From: an uncultured Candidatus Saccharibacteria bacterium
GTDB taxonomy: Bacteria; Patescibacteriota; Saccharimonadia; Saccharimonadales; CAZVRA01
DNA length: 64,000 nucleotides
Assembly (NCBI GenBank): GCA_964630055.1
Contig: CAZVRA010000001.1
Location: 27,569 to 91,568, forward strand
Reading direction: 5' to 3'
The position numbers and the translations under genes were made by a program. Positions 52,975-61,682 of the stretch are shown piece after piece (position 1 is the first letter of the stretch; every line of letters begins with the position of its first letter). The notes beneath the pieces were generated by a model that had not been told where the DNA came from, did not search any database, and saw nothing but the letters and a program-made list of their open reading frames with translations.

Positions 52975-53785
52975 TCAAAAAGTGCCCAAAGTAGACCATC
53001 CTACTTTGCCTCTAGAATTCGAAAATACTGAGCCAGAATTAAGTGATACCAAGCCAGAGGGCAAGAAAAAACTAAAGGCTTTCGGCGGCTATGTAAAAGA
53101 AGAGCTATATAAGCTGTTTGCCGGCGACCAGCTAGATATAGACACGGTAGAGCCAAAAGAAAAAGACTGGATTGGTCGTAATTTAGCAGAAGTTGTTTTG
53201 ACGCGTAAGCATGGTAAAAGGAACAAAGATAATAACGACAAAGACAGGGGTGTATTTATTTTTGATGGCGTGCCTCTGAATGCTACTGAATATACCATGA
53301 TAGTACGAAGCCCAGAAAAATTTGGTCAAGCTGTGGTGGCTCGAACAATACAGAACCAGGATCTAGATGACGAACTTGTCGACAAAGGACAGCGATCTGG
53401 CCAGCATGCATTTGAATCAAAATTAGATAGCATGCAGGATCACCTGCAAAAACTTATTGAGCATAGAAATATGGTAAAAGAACTTCAGCGAGAAATCGGA
53501 ATGCCTGGTTTTGCCCATAAGTCTGATGAGCGTATGAATCAGCTCACATCGGTTGTTTGTAATGAACTAAAAACAATTATTGATGTAGCACGGCCCTTGC
53601 GTGGTTGGGATGATGAGCGGACACTACGGGCCAAGTCTGCTTTGGTAGCCTACATGGTTACCGGCGGACAGCGTGAAAGAGTCAAGCATTGGGGCGAAAT
53701 GGCTCAACTATGTCGCAATTATCTTTCGGTTAGAATAAGCTTGTTTAGTAAGCAGATCAGCGCAACCCAAAAACGCTTGGGTTAA
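52940..53785 (+). CDS. Hypothetical 281-aa soluble protein
   Basis: A long ORF with a GTG start and no convincing SD, and no recognisable motifs. An alternative ATG exists at 52961. Confidence 0.45.
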   Translation: MQPTLPGMEGHSQKVPKVDHPTLPLEFENTEPELSDTKPEGKKKLKAFGGYVKEELYKLFAGDQLDIDTVEPKEKDWIGRNLAEVVLTRKHGKRNKDNNDKDRGVFIFDGVPLNATEYTMIVRSPEKFGQAVVARTIQNQDLDDELVDKGQRSGQHAFESKLDSMQDHLQKLIEHRNMVKELQREIGMPGFAHKSDERMNQLTSVVCNELKTIIDVARPLRGWDDERTLRAKSALVAYMVTGGQRERVKHWGEMAQLCRNYLSVRISLFSKQISATQKRLG

Positions 53786-53791
53786 TCATTG

Positions 53792-54760
53792 ATGAATATG
53801 CTTAACGGTTTGCCTCGACCATTTTTTGTGCTGGCCCCAATGGACGACGTTACCGACACAGTTTTTCGGCAGGTGGTGGCCAGTCTGGCGCCGCCTGATT
53901 TATACTTTACGGAGTTTGTGAACGTCGATGGCTTGCAAAGTCCGGGCAGGGAAAAGCTACTACCTAAGTTGCAATTTAGTGCCGCCGAACAGCCAATTGT
54001 CGCTCAAATCTGGGGCAAGGATCCCGAAAATTACTATAAAACAGCCCAGGATATTGTGCGGATGGGCTTTGTGGGCGTGGACATAAACATGGGCTGTCCC
54101 GACAAATCTGTGGTTAAAAATGGTTGTTGCTCGGCTCTTATAAATAGCAGGCAACTGGCAGGGCAGATTATTGAGGCCACAAGGGAAGGCGCGCACAGTA
54201 TTGCGCCGCACTTCCCTGTTAGCGTCAAAACCAGGTTGGGTTTTAGCCAGACCGACTTTAGTTGGACAGAGTTTCTGTTGCAGCAAAAACTTAACATGTT
54301 AACTATCCACGGACGAACCAAAAAAGATATGTCGAAGGTTCCCGCTCGCTGGGACGAGATCGGCCGCGTTGCCGAGCAGCGCTCTTCCCTGTCTCCAGAA
54401 ACGCTAATTGTTGGCAATGGCGATGTTACTGACCGGGCCCAGGGGGAACAGCTAGCCAGGCAATATGGGCTAGACGGCATTATGATCGGCCGCGGTATTT
54501 TTGCTGATCCGTTTGTATTTGCTAGGCCGAGCCCATGGCAGGAGCTTTCTCGGCAGCAACGTATAGATCTTTATACTAAACATGTTAAGCTTTTTGCCAA
54601 TACTTGGCAGCACGGCGAACGCAAGCTGCATACGCTTAATAAATTTTGCAAAATTTACATCGAAGGCTTCCCTGGCGCCAAAAGTTTACGCGAACGGCTA
54701 ATGGCTGCTCAATCAACAGACCAGCTACTGGAAATTTTAGAACAATCTGTTACAATTTAA
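53792..54760 (+). CDS. dus: tRNA-dihydrouridine synthase
   Basis: FVLAPMDDVTD and DINMGCPDKSVVKNGCCSALI (the catalytic Cys region of Dus-family TIM barrels). Confidence 0.85.
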   Translation: MNMLNGLPRPFFVLAPMDDVTDTVFRQVVASLAPPDLYFTEFVNVDGLQSPGREKLLPKLQFSAAEQPIVAQIWGKDPENYYKTAQDIVRMGFVGVDINMGCPDKSVVKNGCCSALINSRQLAGQIIEATREGAHSIAPHFPVSVKTRLGFSQTDFSWTEFLLQQKLNMLTIHGRTKKDMSKVPARWDEIGRVAEQRSSLSPETLIVGNGDVTDRAQGEQLARQYGLDGIMIGRGIFADPFVFARPSPWQELSRQQRIDLYTKHVKLFANTWQHGERKLHTLNKFCKIYIEGFPGAKSLRERLMAAQSTDQLLEILEQSVTI

Positions 54761-54819
54761 TCTGTTAACCGAAGAACGGTAGCTTACAGCATGACTGTAC
54801 TATGTTCCGATTACACCAT

Positions 54820-54895
54820 GGGGGTGTAGCTCATCGGTTAGAGCAGGCGGCTCATAACCGCTTGGTAGTTGGTTCGATTCCAACCACCCCCACCA
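54820..54895 (+). tRNA. tRNA with CAU anticodon, most likely tRNA-Ile2 (lysidine-modified), CCA encoded
   Basis: Cloverleaf GGGGGTG-TA-GCTC-ATCGGTTA-GAGC-A-GGCGG-CTCATAA-CCGCT-TGGTA-GTTGG-TTCGATT-CCAAC-CACCCCC-A-CCA. The anticodon arm plus variable loop (AGGCGxCUCAUAAxCGCUUGGU) resembles E. coli and B. subtilis tRNA-Ile2 as I recall them. tilS is present in the window. Confidence 0.85.
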
Positions 54896-54908
54896 TTAAG
54901 GTAAAACT

Positions 54909-55361
54909 ATGCATCAAAAAATAAAAAAATACTTAGAAAATTCGTTGGCGCAGTCACTGCGAGATAGTCGCAGTTTAGGGCTGTTGGCTTTTGGCGTGAT
55001 TGCTCTGCTGGTTACCTGGAGCGGCGTTAAAGCCGTGCAAAACAACTATGACCTTCAGAAGCAAATTTCTAAGCTCGAACAGCAAAATGAGGTTACACGT
55101 CTAGAAAACGAAAACCAAAAACTACGCAACGAATATTACAAAACCGACGAATTTTTGGAATTGTCGGCCCGCCGCCAGTTTGCCAGGGCTGCGCCTGGTG
55201 AACGGCTGTATTTAGTTCCCAAAAATGTTGCACTGGCGCACACGGTAGATCTAAAAAATGCAACTTCTAAAAATTCGGTGACTATTGCCAAGCCGACTTA
55301 CCGAAAAAACTTTGAAGCTTGGATTAATTTTTTTCTACACCGCCCTAGCGTCAACGAGTAG
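54909..55361 (+). CDS. FtsB/DivIC-family septum formation initiator
   Basis: N-terminal TM helix, a coiled coil (QKQISKLEQQNEVTRLENENQKLRNEY), then DEFLELSARRQFARAAPGERLYLVP, typical of this family. Confidence 0.6.
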   Translation: MHQKIKKYLENSLAQSLRDSRSLGLLAFGVIALLVTWSGVKAVQNNYDLQKQISKLEQQNEVTRLENENQKLRNEYYKTDEFLELSARRQFARAAPGERLYLVPKNVALAHTVDLKNATSKNSVTIAKPTYRKNFEAWINFFLHRPSVNE

Positions 55362-55400
55362 CCTGGGCTATTTTGTTAGCCAAACCTACAAGCTCATCTG

Positions 55401-55429
55401 TTGACAGTCCAGACATTTATTGTTAGAAT
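55401..55429 (+). promoter_or_regulatory. Near-consensus promoter TTGACA-17-TGtTAGAAT for the initiator tRNA
   Basis: TTGACA at 55401-06 and TGtTAGAAT at 55421-29, about 38 nt upstream of the tRNA. Confidence 0.6.
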
Positions 55430-55467
55430 TATAAGCTGAAATACATGATAAGTTTGGTTCCATTCAT

Positions 55468-55542
55468 CGCGGGGTGGAGCAGAGGCAGCTCGCGTGGCTC
55501 ATAACCACGAGGTCGCAGGTTCGAGTCCTGCCCCCGCTACCA
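55468..55542 (+). tRNA. Initiator tRNA-fMet (CAU), CCA encoded
   Basis: The 5' CGCGGGGTGGAGCAG is identical to the E. coli tRNA-fMet start. It has a C1xU72 mismatch and A11:U24. The anticodon loop is CTCATAA with GG/CC closing pairs. Confidence 0.9.
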
Positions 55543-55550
55543 AGAAAAGT

Positions 55551-55576
55551 GACTCATCGCAAGATGGGTCTTTTTT
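55551..55576 (+). terminator. Intrinsic terminator after tRNA-fMet
   Basis: GACTCATC-gcaa-GATGGGTC followed by TTTTTT. Confidence 0.65.
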
Positions 55577-55603
55577 GTATAAATTAATAATGTTTTTCGC
55601 ATA

Positions 55604-55612
55604 TGTTATTAT
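55604..55612 (+). promoter_or_regulatory. Extended -10 box (TGtTATTAT), 6 nt upstream of ATG 55619; leaderless-type
   Basis: Reads aTGtTATTAT-ctagac-ATG. Confidence 0.45.
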
Positions 55613-55618
55613 CTAGAC

Positions 55619-56140
55619 ATGGATAATCAGGGCGAAAATTTATCGCCATCAGACAAGCTAAATACTCCAGAGCTAAATAAGCTTCTTGCTGCTCACACAC
55701 AGCAAATAAAGAGCGCCGGCATAGACGCAAGTTATTTAACAGCTGCCGAAAGGCAATATGCTGGCGATACGGCAGCAATGCAACGATCCGTGGAATTAAC
55801 CGCTCAAGAGGATCAGCCGCTTGAAGTTTTTGTTAACACTGACACAGATGGACAAACCGAAACTTTGTTTTTGCGTCGCATTGATTCGTCCAATAACGAG
55901 TTGACTGATACTGTCAAGGGGGTGAAATCTGAACCTCTGGATGAAGACGCTACAGAAGATGAGGTTTTAGAGCATCATGAACTAACCGATGCCACGACGG
56001 CAGTAATGGTGGCTGAAATAGACAAAGCTAATGGTCAAATTGTGCATCAAGACCACGCCTTTACCAACCAGCAAATAAAGGTTTTGTTAAAGCAGGTTGA
56101 GGAATTGAGGGCTGCAAACCTACTAACGGAGATTAATTAG
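55619..56140 (+). CDS. Hypothetical acidic 173-aa protein
   Basis: An ORF with no recognisable motifs and an acidic composition. Confidence 0.45.
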   Translation: MDNQGENLSPSDKLNTPELNKLLAAHTQQIKSAGIDASYLTAAERQYAGDTAAMQRSVELTAQEDQPLEVFVNTDTDGQTETLFLRRIDSSNNELTDTVKGVKSEPLDEDATEDEVLEHHELTDATTAVMVAEIDKANGQIVHQDHAFTNQQIKVLLKQVEELRAANLLTEIN

Positions 56141-56143
56141 GAA

Positions 56144-56941
56144 GTGCCAGAAGACCATATAGAAAAAAATCGTAACAAGCAGGTTTTGTCATCCGATAAG
56201 GTGAAATTGTCGCCAAGTTCGGCATTTTTGCAAGAGATTGCTAAAGAGCAGGCAGGTAGCTCGGCCGATCATCAGCAAGCAATAAACCCTAGCTTGCCTG
56301 ACCAGCAAAATACCAAGCCATCGTTCGAACAAGAATACCAGTCTATCTATCCAGAGCTAAAACCCAAACCAATAAATGGTGACTCTTGGAAGCCTTCTGA
56401 CCAGTCGGTCGGTAGTCAGAGAGTAGAAAAGCTAGGCTTTTTTGATGGCGTGCCAAAAGGTGTGATTGTAATTGTTGTCTTAACAATACTGGGTGCACTG
56501 AGCTATCTGCTATTTGGTCAAGCACCAGGCTACCAAAATGGCAACGGAGGCGTAATAATGGCTAGTATTATTGGGGTAATGCTAGCGCTTGGGCTGCTTT
56601 TTGGCAGTAATATTTGCCGCATGCTTTTTATGATATTTGCATTTTTAACTGCTATGAACGCATTTCTAGGACTTTTCCAGGTTACAGACCTGAGACAGAA
56701 GCGAGACATTTTAAAAGAAAAATTTAGCACCGAAATAACTCAGCTTGAAGAAAAAACTAACAAAACCAACGAAGATAAAAATGATTTGGAAGAAAAAAAG
56801 AATGCCATGAGGACCCTTGAAGGCGCAACTGACGCTAGTTTTGTCCAGCTGTACGTTTTATTTACTTTTAACATGGCCTACTCGATTTTTGTGCTATCGT
56901 ATCTTTTTAAGTCTTCTGTAAAAAACTATTACGGGCAATAA
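56144..56941 (+). CDS. Hypothetical membrane protein (soluble N-terminus, 3-4 TM helices, coiled-coil insert)
   Basis: GTG start 3 nt after the previous stop. TM helices VIVIVVLTILGALSYLLF, IIGVMLALGLLFG and MLFMIFAFLTAMNAFLGLF. Confidence 0.45.
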   Translation: MPEDHIEKNRNKQVLSSDKVKLSPSSAFLQEIAKEQAGSSADHQQAINPSLPDQQNTKPSFEQEYQSIYPELKPKPINGDSWKPSDQSVGSQRVEKLGFFDGVPKGVIVIVVLTILGALSYLLFGQAPGYQNGNGGVIMASIIGVMLALGLLFGSNICRMLFMIFAFLTAMNAFLGLFQVTDLRQKRDILKEKFSTEITQLEEKTNKTNEDKNDLEEKKNAMRTLEGATDASFVQLYVLFTFNMAYSIFVLSYLFKSSVKNYYGQ

Positions 56942-57030
56942 AAATCCCTGTCAAGGATGCCATTATCTGGGCCTCAACAGGGATTAATTATTGTCTGAAA
57001 TGATTTACAAGTCAGACGCCAACGGCTGGA

Positions 57031-57327
57031 TTACCAGCTGCGACCACCGCCGTTACCACCGAAGTCGCGTCGTGGGCGATCTTCGCGGGGGCGGGCTTGG
57101 TTGACGGTAATGCTGCGGCCGCCTAAGTCTGAGTTGTTCAGAGCTTTTTCGGCTGCTTTGCCTTCGTCGTCGCTTTCGAATTCTACAAAGCCAAAGCCTT
57201 TGCTGCGGCCAGTGTCGCGGTCCTTGATAACTGTGGCCGAAGCAACAGTACCATGGGCGCTAAACAATTCGTTAAGCTCTTCGTCAGTGGTTGCGAATGG
57301 CAAGCCACCTACAAATAATTTGTACAT
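57031..57327 (-). CDS. RRM (RNP-1/RNP-2) type RNA-binding protein with Gly/Arg tail
   Basis: RNP-2 LFVGGL, RNP-1 KGFGFVEF and a C-terminal RDFGGNGGGRSW. Confidence 0.85.
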   Translation of the reverse strand: MYKLFVGGLPFATTDEELNELFSAHGTVASATVIKDRDTGRSKGFGFVEFESDDEGKAAEKALNNSDLGGRSITVNQARPREDRPRRDFGGNGGGRSW

Positions 57328-57533
57328 AGTATGATTTTCTTTCCTATCTGTTAATTCCAGGTACGACCAAACCTTACGACCGTTTTCTGCTTGAACCGTG
57401 CCTCTGGTTTAACCGCGAGATAGGACTCTGAGCGCGAGAACTAGTATAAGAACCTGCTTCGTCATTAAAACACGAAAGACGTTAATAAGCAAGGACATTT
57501 TAGACGCTATTGGCGCTATTTTATAACAAACTG

Positions 57534-57561
57534 TTGACAAATAAACAAACTTGTGTATAAT
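57534..57561 (+). promoter_or_regulatory. Consensus sigma70-type promoter TTGACA-16-TATAAT with no annotated gene directly downstream
   Basis: TTGACA at 57534-39 and TATAAT at 57556-61. The next recognisable gene, a tRNA, starts 300 nt downstream. Confidence 0.4.
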
Positions 57562-57865
57562 ACATACTAGTTTTAACGCGATAAAACAAAAACATTCAAC
57601 ACATAAAAACCTAAAAACGTAGCGACCTAAAATGTGCCCTAAAGGCAAATTTAGCGGTTCGCATACTAATGGAAAGAAAACTAAAATGCCCCTATTTAAA
57701 GATACCTTTGCTTACGAACTATTACCAACTAGCGACACTTCCCTGAGCCAATACGACGATATTTTGCAATAAAATTGCTCACAAGTTCATAAGGCGAGTT
57801 TTGTAAATTGCTCCCGCCAGGCTAGCTTAACAGAGAGAAATATGCTATATTTGCAGGGCTGGTCT

Positions 57866-57942
57866 GGCAGGGTAGCTCAGTTGGTTAGAGCGCAGGACTC
57901 ATAAGCCTGAGGTCGCGAGTTCAAACCTCGCCCCTGCTACCA
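57866..57942 (+). tRNA. Elongator tRNA-Met (CAU), CCA encoded
   Basis: GGCAGGG-TA-GCTC-AGTTGGTTA-GAGC-G-CAGGA-CTCATAA-GCCTG-AGGTC-GCGAG-TTCAAAC-CTCGC-CCCTGCT-A-CCA. The D-arm TAGCTCAGTTGGTTAGAGC is like elongator Met. It has G1-U72 and A31/G39 irregularities. I assigned it partly by elimination against the other two CAU tRNAs. Confidence 0.8.
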
Positions 57943-57966
57943 GAATAGAACAAACGTTATTATCTA

Positions 57967-57993
57967 TTAGCGCTTTTGGGCGCTAATTTTGTA
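57967..57993 (+). terminator. Intrinsic terminator after tRNA-Met
   Basis: TTAGCGC-ttttgg-GCGCTAA followed by TTTTGTATTT. Confidence 0.6.
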
Positions 57994-58014
57994 TTTAACC
58001 ATTGAGCTAGCAAC

Positions 58015-59082
58015 ATGAATTTAACTGATTTTGATTATAACTTGCCGGAAGAGGCAATTGCTTTGTATCCGCCACAAGAGAGGGGCGGTTCGCGCTTGTT
58101 GGTTTTGGATCGGCAAACCGGCCAGCTGCAGGACGATCATTATACCAACCTGGTGGAGTATTTGCAGTCCGGCGACTTGCTGGTTATTAACAATACCCGG
58201 GTTCTGCCGGCACGCCTGCTGGCTCATACCGAAGCTGGTTCCCAGCGGGAGTTACTTCTGCTGGAGCAGCACGGCAAGAGCCGTGATCATCACCAAAGCC
58301 TGGCTATGCACAGGGGTAAACTGCGCGCTGGACAAACCTTGGTTTTGGACAAGGACAACGACATTAAAATTAAAGTGGAAGAAGTTTTTGCCAACGGCAC
58401 GGCTAGCATTAGCTGTCAGCAGGATCTGTGGGAGTTGGCCGAACAGGTTGGCAGCGTGCCGTTGCCGCCGTACATGCACCGTTCGGAAGGGCCGGGCGAC
58501 CGGGAGCGTTACCAAACAGTTTTTGCTCGGGCTAAGGGGTCGGTGGCAGCGCCCACTGCCAGTCTCAACTTAACCGAAGAGCTGTTGTTAAAAATACACA
58601 ACCACGGCGTGCATGTTGTAGAAATTACCTTACACGTTGGTTTAGGGACTTTCATGCCAATTCGGGTAGACGATGTCGCGCAGCACAAAATGCATCAGGA
58701 ATACTTCGAGATAAACGTTGATGCAGCCGAAGCCATACGTTTAGCCAAGCAGGACGGCCGGCGGGTGGTAGCGGTAGGTACTACTGTTACGCGCACTCTG
58801 GAGTACGCCGCCGAACAAATTTTGACGGGCCAGCAGAGCATTAGCGGCGAGGCCGATATTTTTATTTACCCTGGCTATAAATTTAAAATGGTCGATGCTA
58901 TGCTAACTAATTTTCACGCTCCAGAATCTACGGTTCTAATGATGGCGGCAGCCTTTGCTAGTTGGCCTCACTTGCAGGCCGCTTACCGGCATGCGATGGA
59001 CAAAAACTATAAGTTCTTAAGCTACGGCGACAGCATGTTTATAATGAACGGTGTGGAGGCAGGACCAAATGACCACAAATAA
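58015..59082 (+). CDS. queA: S-adenosylmethionine:tRNA ribosyltransferase-isomerase
   Basis: MNLTDFDYNLPEEAIALYPPQERGGSRLLVL and C-terminal MLTNFHAPESTVLMM...YKFLSYGDSM. Confidence 0.9.
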   Translation: MNLTDFDYNLPEEAIALYPPQERGGSRLLVLDRQTGQLQDDHYTNLVEYLQSGDLLVINNTRVLPARLLAHTEAGSQRELLLLEQHGKSRDHHQSLAMHRGKLRAGQTLVLDKDNDIKIKVEEVFANGTASISCQQDLWELAEQVGSVPLPPYMHRSEGPGDRERYQTVFARAKGSVAAPTASLNLTEELLLKIHNHGVHVVEITLHVGLGTFMPIRVDDVAQHKMHQEYFEINVDAAEAIRLAKQDGRRVVAVGTTVTRTLEYAAEQILTGQQSISGEADIFIYPGYKFKMVDAMLTNFHAPESTVLMMAAAFASWPHLQAAYRHAMDKNYKFLSYGDSMFIMNGVEAGPNDHK

Positions 59083-60295
59083 AAACTATAGTTTTGAAAT
59101 TGTTGGCAAATTATCGGGTACGCTGGCTCGGGCCGGGGTGTTGCGCACGCCGCATGGCACTATTAAAACGCCGGCTTTTATCGTTGGTGGCACGCAGGCT
59201 ACTGTTAAGGCGCTGACGCCCGAGCAAGTCCAGGGCCTGGGCGGACAGGCAGTGCTGGCCAATACTTATCACCTTATGCTTAGGCCTGGCGCTGATGTCG
59301 TTGAGCGCGCTGGGGGGTTGGGCAAATTTATGAATTGGCCCGGGCCGACCTTTACCGACAGTGGTGGATTTCAGGTTTTTAGCCTGGGAATGGCATACAA
59401 AAAGGGCATTGAAGCAGTGGCGCACAGCCAAAAAGGCGATGCGGCTCAGGCCCGACATAGCCACGGACAGCTGGCCAAAGTAGACGACGAGGGGGTGAGC
59501 TTCCGCTCGCATCTGGATGGTAGCTCGCTGCGGATGACGCCAGAGAGCTCGATGCAATTGCAATGGCAAATTGGCGCCGATATTCACATGGCTTTTGACG
59601 AGCTGACCTCGCCCCTGGCCGGGTCCGAATACATTAGACAGGCGCTTAACAGAACTCATGCTTGGGCCGAGCGCTGCCTGGTTGAGCATAAGCGCTTGTG
59701 GGCCGAAAATAGCGCCGCTAGCCGGCCATACCAGGCATTATGGGCGGTGGTACAAGGGGGTCGTGACCAGGCACTGCGCCGCAAGTCGGCTAAATTTTTG
59801 GGTAATATGGATTTTGATGGGTTTGGTATTGGCGGAGTATTCGAGCCGGCCGAGATTCCCGAAGTTGTTAAATGGGTCAACGAAGAGCTGCCCCGGGACA
59901 AGCCAAAGCATTTGCTGGGTATTGGCTCGGCTGTAGAGGATCTTTTTTTGGGTGTCGAGTACGGTATCGATACTTTTGATTGTGTGGCGTTTACGCGCCA
60001 GGCGCGTAATGGGTCTATTTATACAGATGTTAAAAGATTTAACATTACTAATGCACAGTATTGCGACGATTTCGCACCATTGCAACAAAATTGCAATTGC
60101 TATACCTGCGTAAATTATTCGCGAGCTTACATACACCATTTGTTTCGGGCTGGCGAAATGCTAGCGGCCACTTTAGCTTCGATTCATAACGAGTATTTTG
60201 CCGTTCAGCTAGTCAGTAAAATGCGCGACTCTATTTTGGATGGCAGCTTTTTAGAATTTAAACAGGATTACTTGGCTAAATTCAATCAAGCTTAA
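59069..60295 (+). CDS. tgt: tRNA-guanine transglycosylase (queuine tRNA-ribosyltransferase)
   Basis: TPAFIVGGTQATVKAL, FTDSGGFQVFSL, IDTFDCV.FTRQARNG and zinc site CNCYTCVNYSRAYIHHL. Start chosen at ATG 59069, overlapping queA by 14 nt. Confidence 0.9.
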   Translation: MTTNKNYSFEIVGKLSGTLARAGVLRTPHGTIKTPAFIVGGTQATVKALTPEQVQGLGGQAVLANTYHLMLRPGADVVERAGGLGKFMNWPGPTFTDSGGFQVFSLGMAYKKGIEAVAHSQKGDAAQARHSHGQLAKVDDEGVSFRSHLDGSSLRMTPESSMQLQWQIGADIHMAFDELTSPLAGSEYIRQALNRTHAWAERCLVEHKRLWAENSAASRPYQALWAVVQGGRDQALRRKSAKFLGNMDFDGFGIGGVFEPAEIPEVVKWVNEELPRDKPKHLLGIGSAVEDLFLGVEYGIDTFDCVAFTRQARNGSIYTDVKRFNITNAQYCDDFAPLQQNCNCYTCVNYSRAYIHHLFRAGEMLAATLASIHNEYFAVQLVSKMRDSILDGSFLEFKQDYLAKFNQA

Positions 60296-60324
60296 ATTAG
60301 TTTCTTGATTATGCCTATAAAATC

Positions 60325-61122
60325 GTGATAAAATACCACTCTAGTATGGTAACTACTTATACTAGCGAGAAGCCGATAAATGACCGCCAATATGGCGGTC
60401 ATTTTTTTAATGATGAACTAATATCAGGAATTGAGCTTGAATCAGTTGATAATATAATTAACGGTGACGAGATATCTTGTGATTATGATGATAACCACCA
60501 GCAGATAGCAGGTCTAAAAAGCCTGGCGGATAATTTTTTTAATCGAAATCATGACCTAATGCCTGCTGGTTGTGGTGTTATTACGCATGAGCCTACAGAT
60601 GAATTACCCGATCTTAACGGTCTGCCCAGGCACACAAGCACTACTCTAGGCATCGACATGCGCCCACATATTGAGGGTGCAAAGCTGCGCAGTAATGGCA
60701 AGGGCCGATTTTATTATGGCAGCGGAATCGTTGCTTGGCAGCTAATACGCCAAGATCATCTACAGGTTAAAACAGTCGAGCTCGAATCGGGCTACTGCAA
60801 TAACGGCAAGCCAAAATTATGTGTTGGAAGAGGTAAAACTCGTTTGCAAGACGGGGCAAGTAGAATATTGGCAGAGGGAAAGCTATCTGGCGAGGATATT
60901 GCTGATTTGCATGAGACGGTTCAGAGGATTATTGGTTCTTCGGCGCTGGCTGAGCAGCTCGTCAGTCTCAGGGCCAAACGTGCTCGAACAATTCGAGAAA
61001 TGGCGGATATGATGCTCAATGCTTCTGACCAAAATTGGCAAACTTATAGCAATGATTATCGTAGGCAGACTAAACTGATGGAATCTATTGGTTTGACGCC
61101 CTTGTGGAGTATTTTGACTTAG
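60325..61122 (+). CDS. Hypothetical 265-aa protein
   Basis: An ORF with a GTG start (alternative ATG at 60346) and no recognisable motifs. Confidence 0.4.
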   Translation: MIKYHSSMVTTYTSEKPINDRQYGGHFFNDELISGIELESVDNIINGDEISCDYDDNHQQIAGLKSLADNFFNRNHDLMPAGCGVITHEPTDELPDLNGLPRHTSTTLGIDMRPHIEGAKLRSNGKGRFYYGSGIVAWQLIRQDHLQVKTVELESGYCNNGKPKLCVGRGKTRLQDGASRILAEGKLSGEDIADLHETVQRIIGSSALAEQLVSLRAKRARTIREMADMMLNASDQNWQTYSNDYRRQTKLMESIGLTPLWSILT

Positions 61123-61149
61123 CTTTACGCTTGCTAATCCAGAAATTAT

Positions 61150-61677
61150 TTACATCCATCGGACCAGCTCGGCATTGGGAATTTTATCTAGAAAGTTGGC
61201 GCCTGGTTTGGCATGATAGCGAATGGCTCTTCCGATGGCTCCATGGCCAACTAGCAAAACCTTTTTGGGCTTTTTTGGGTGATGAGCAAGAAAATCCAGA
61301 ACAGTTTTACCACGGATAAGCAGATCATCAATTTGCTCTATATTTTTATATGGCGCTTTTTGTCCAATGATACTTAAGGTTGCGGCGTGTTTAGGGCTCC
61401 ATTCGGTTTTTTCGAGTTCGCCAAAATTTCGTTCAATTAGCTCCGGTAAAATCTCGATATTATCTATTGGGTAACCAGTGGCTGTGGCAAATTCCTCGGC
61501 CGTGTGCTTAGCGCGCGCAAGTGGCGAGCATAATATAAGGTCAAATTTAGGCGAGCCGGCTGCCGCGGCTCTGGCTTGTTGGCGTCCTTCGTCCGCCAAA
61601 GGGGTGTCGGTATGCCCACCGTAAAGACCTTTTTTATTGAGCTCACTTAAACCATGACGTAGATAATATACCTGCAT
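61150..61677 (-). CDS. Histidine phosphatase superfamily (phosphoglycerate-mutase/CobC-like) protein
   Basis: YYLRHGLSELN (RHG catalytic motif) and LLVGHGAIGRA (the second His). Confidence 0.75.
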   Translation of the reverse strand: MQVYYLRHGLSELNKKGLYGGHTDTPLADEGRQQARAAAAGSPKFDLILCSPLARAKHTAEEFATATGYPIDNIEILPELIERNFGELEKTEWSPKHAATLSIIGQKAPYKNIEQIDDLLIRGKTVLDFLAHHPKKPKKVLLVGHGAIGRAIRYHAKPGANFLDKIPNAELVRWM

Positions 61678-61682
61678 TATTA

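Noticed and set aside
57409-57648. A 79-aa minus-strand ORF in the rbp to tRNA-Met intergenic region.
   Set aside because: It has no SD or -10 context. It is hydrophobic and Cys-rich with AT-rich composition, and it spans a consensus plus-strand promoter. It is more likely non-coding.
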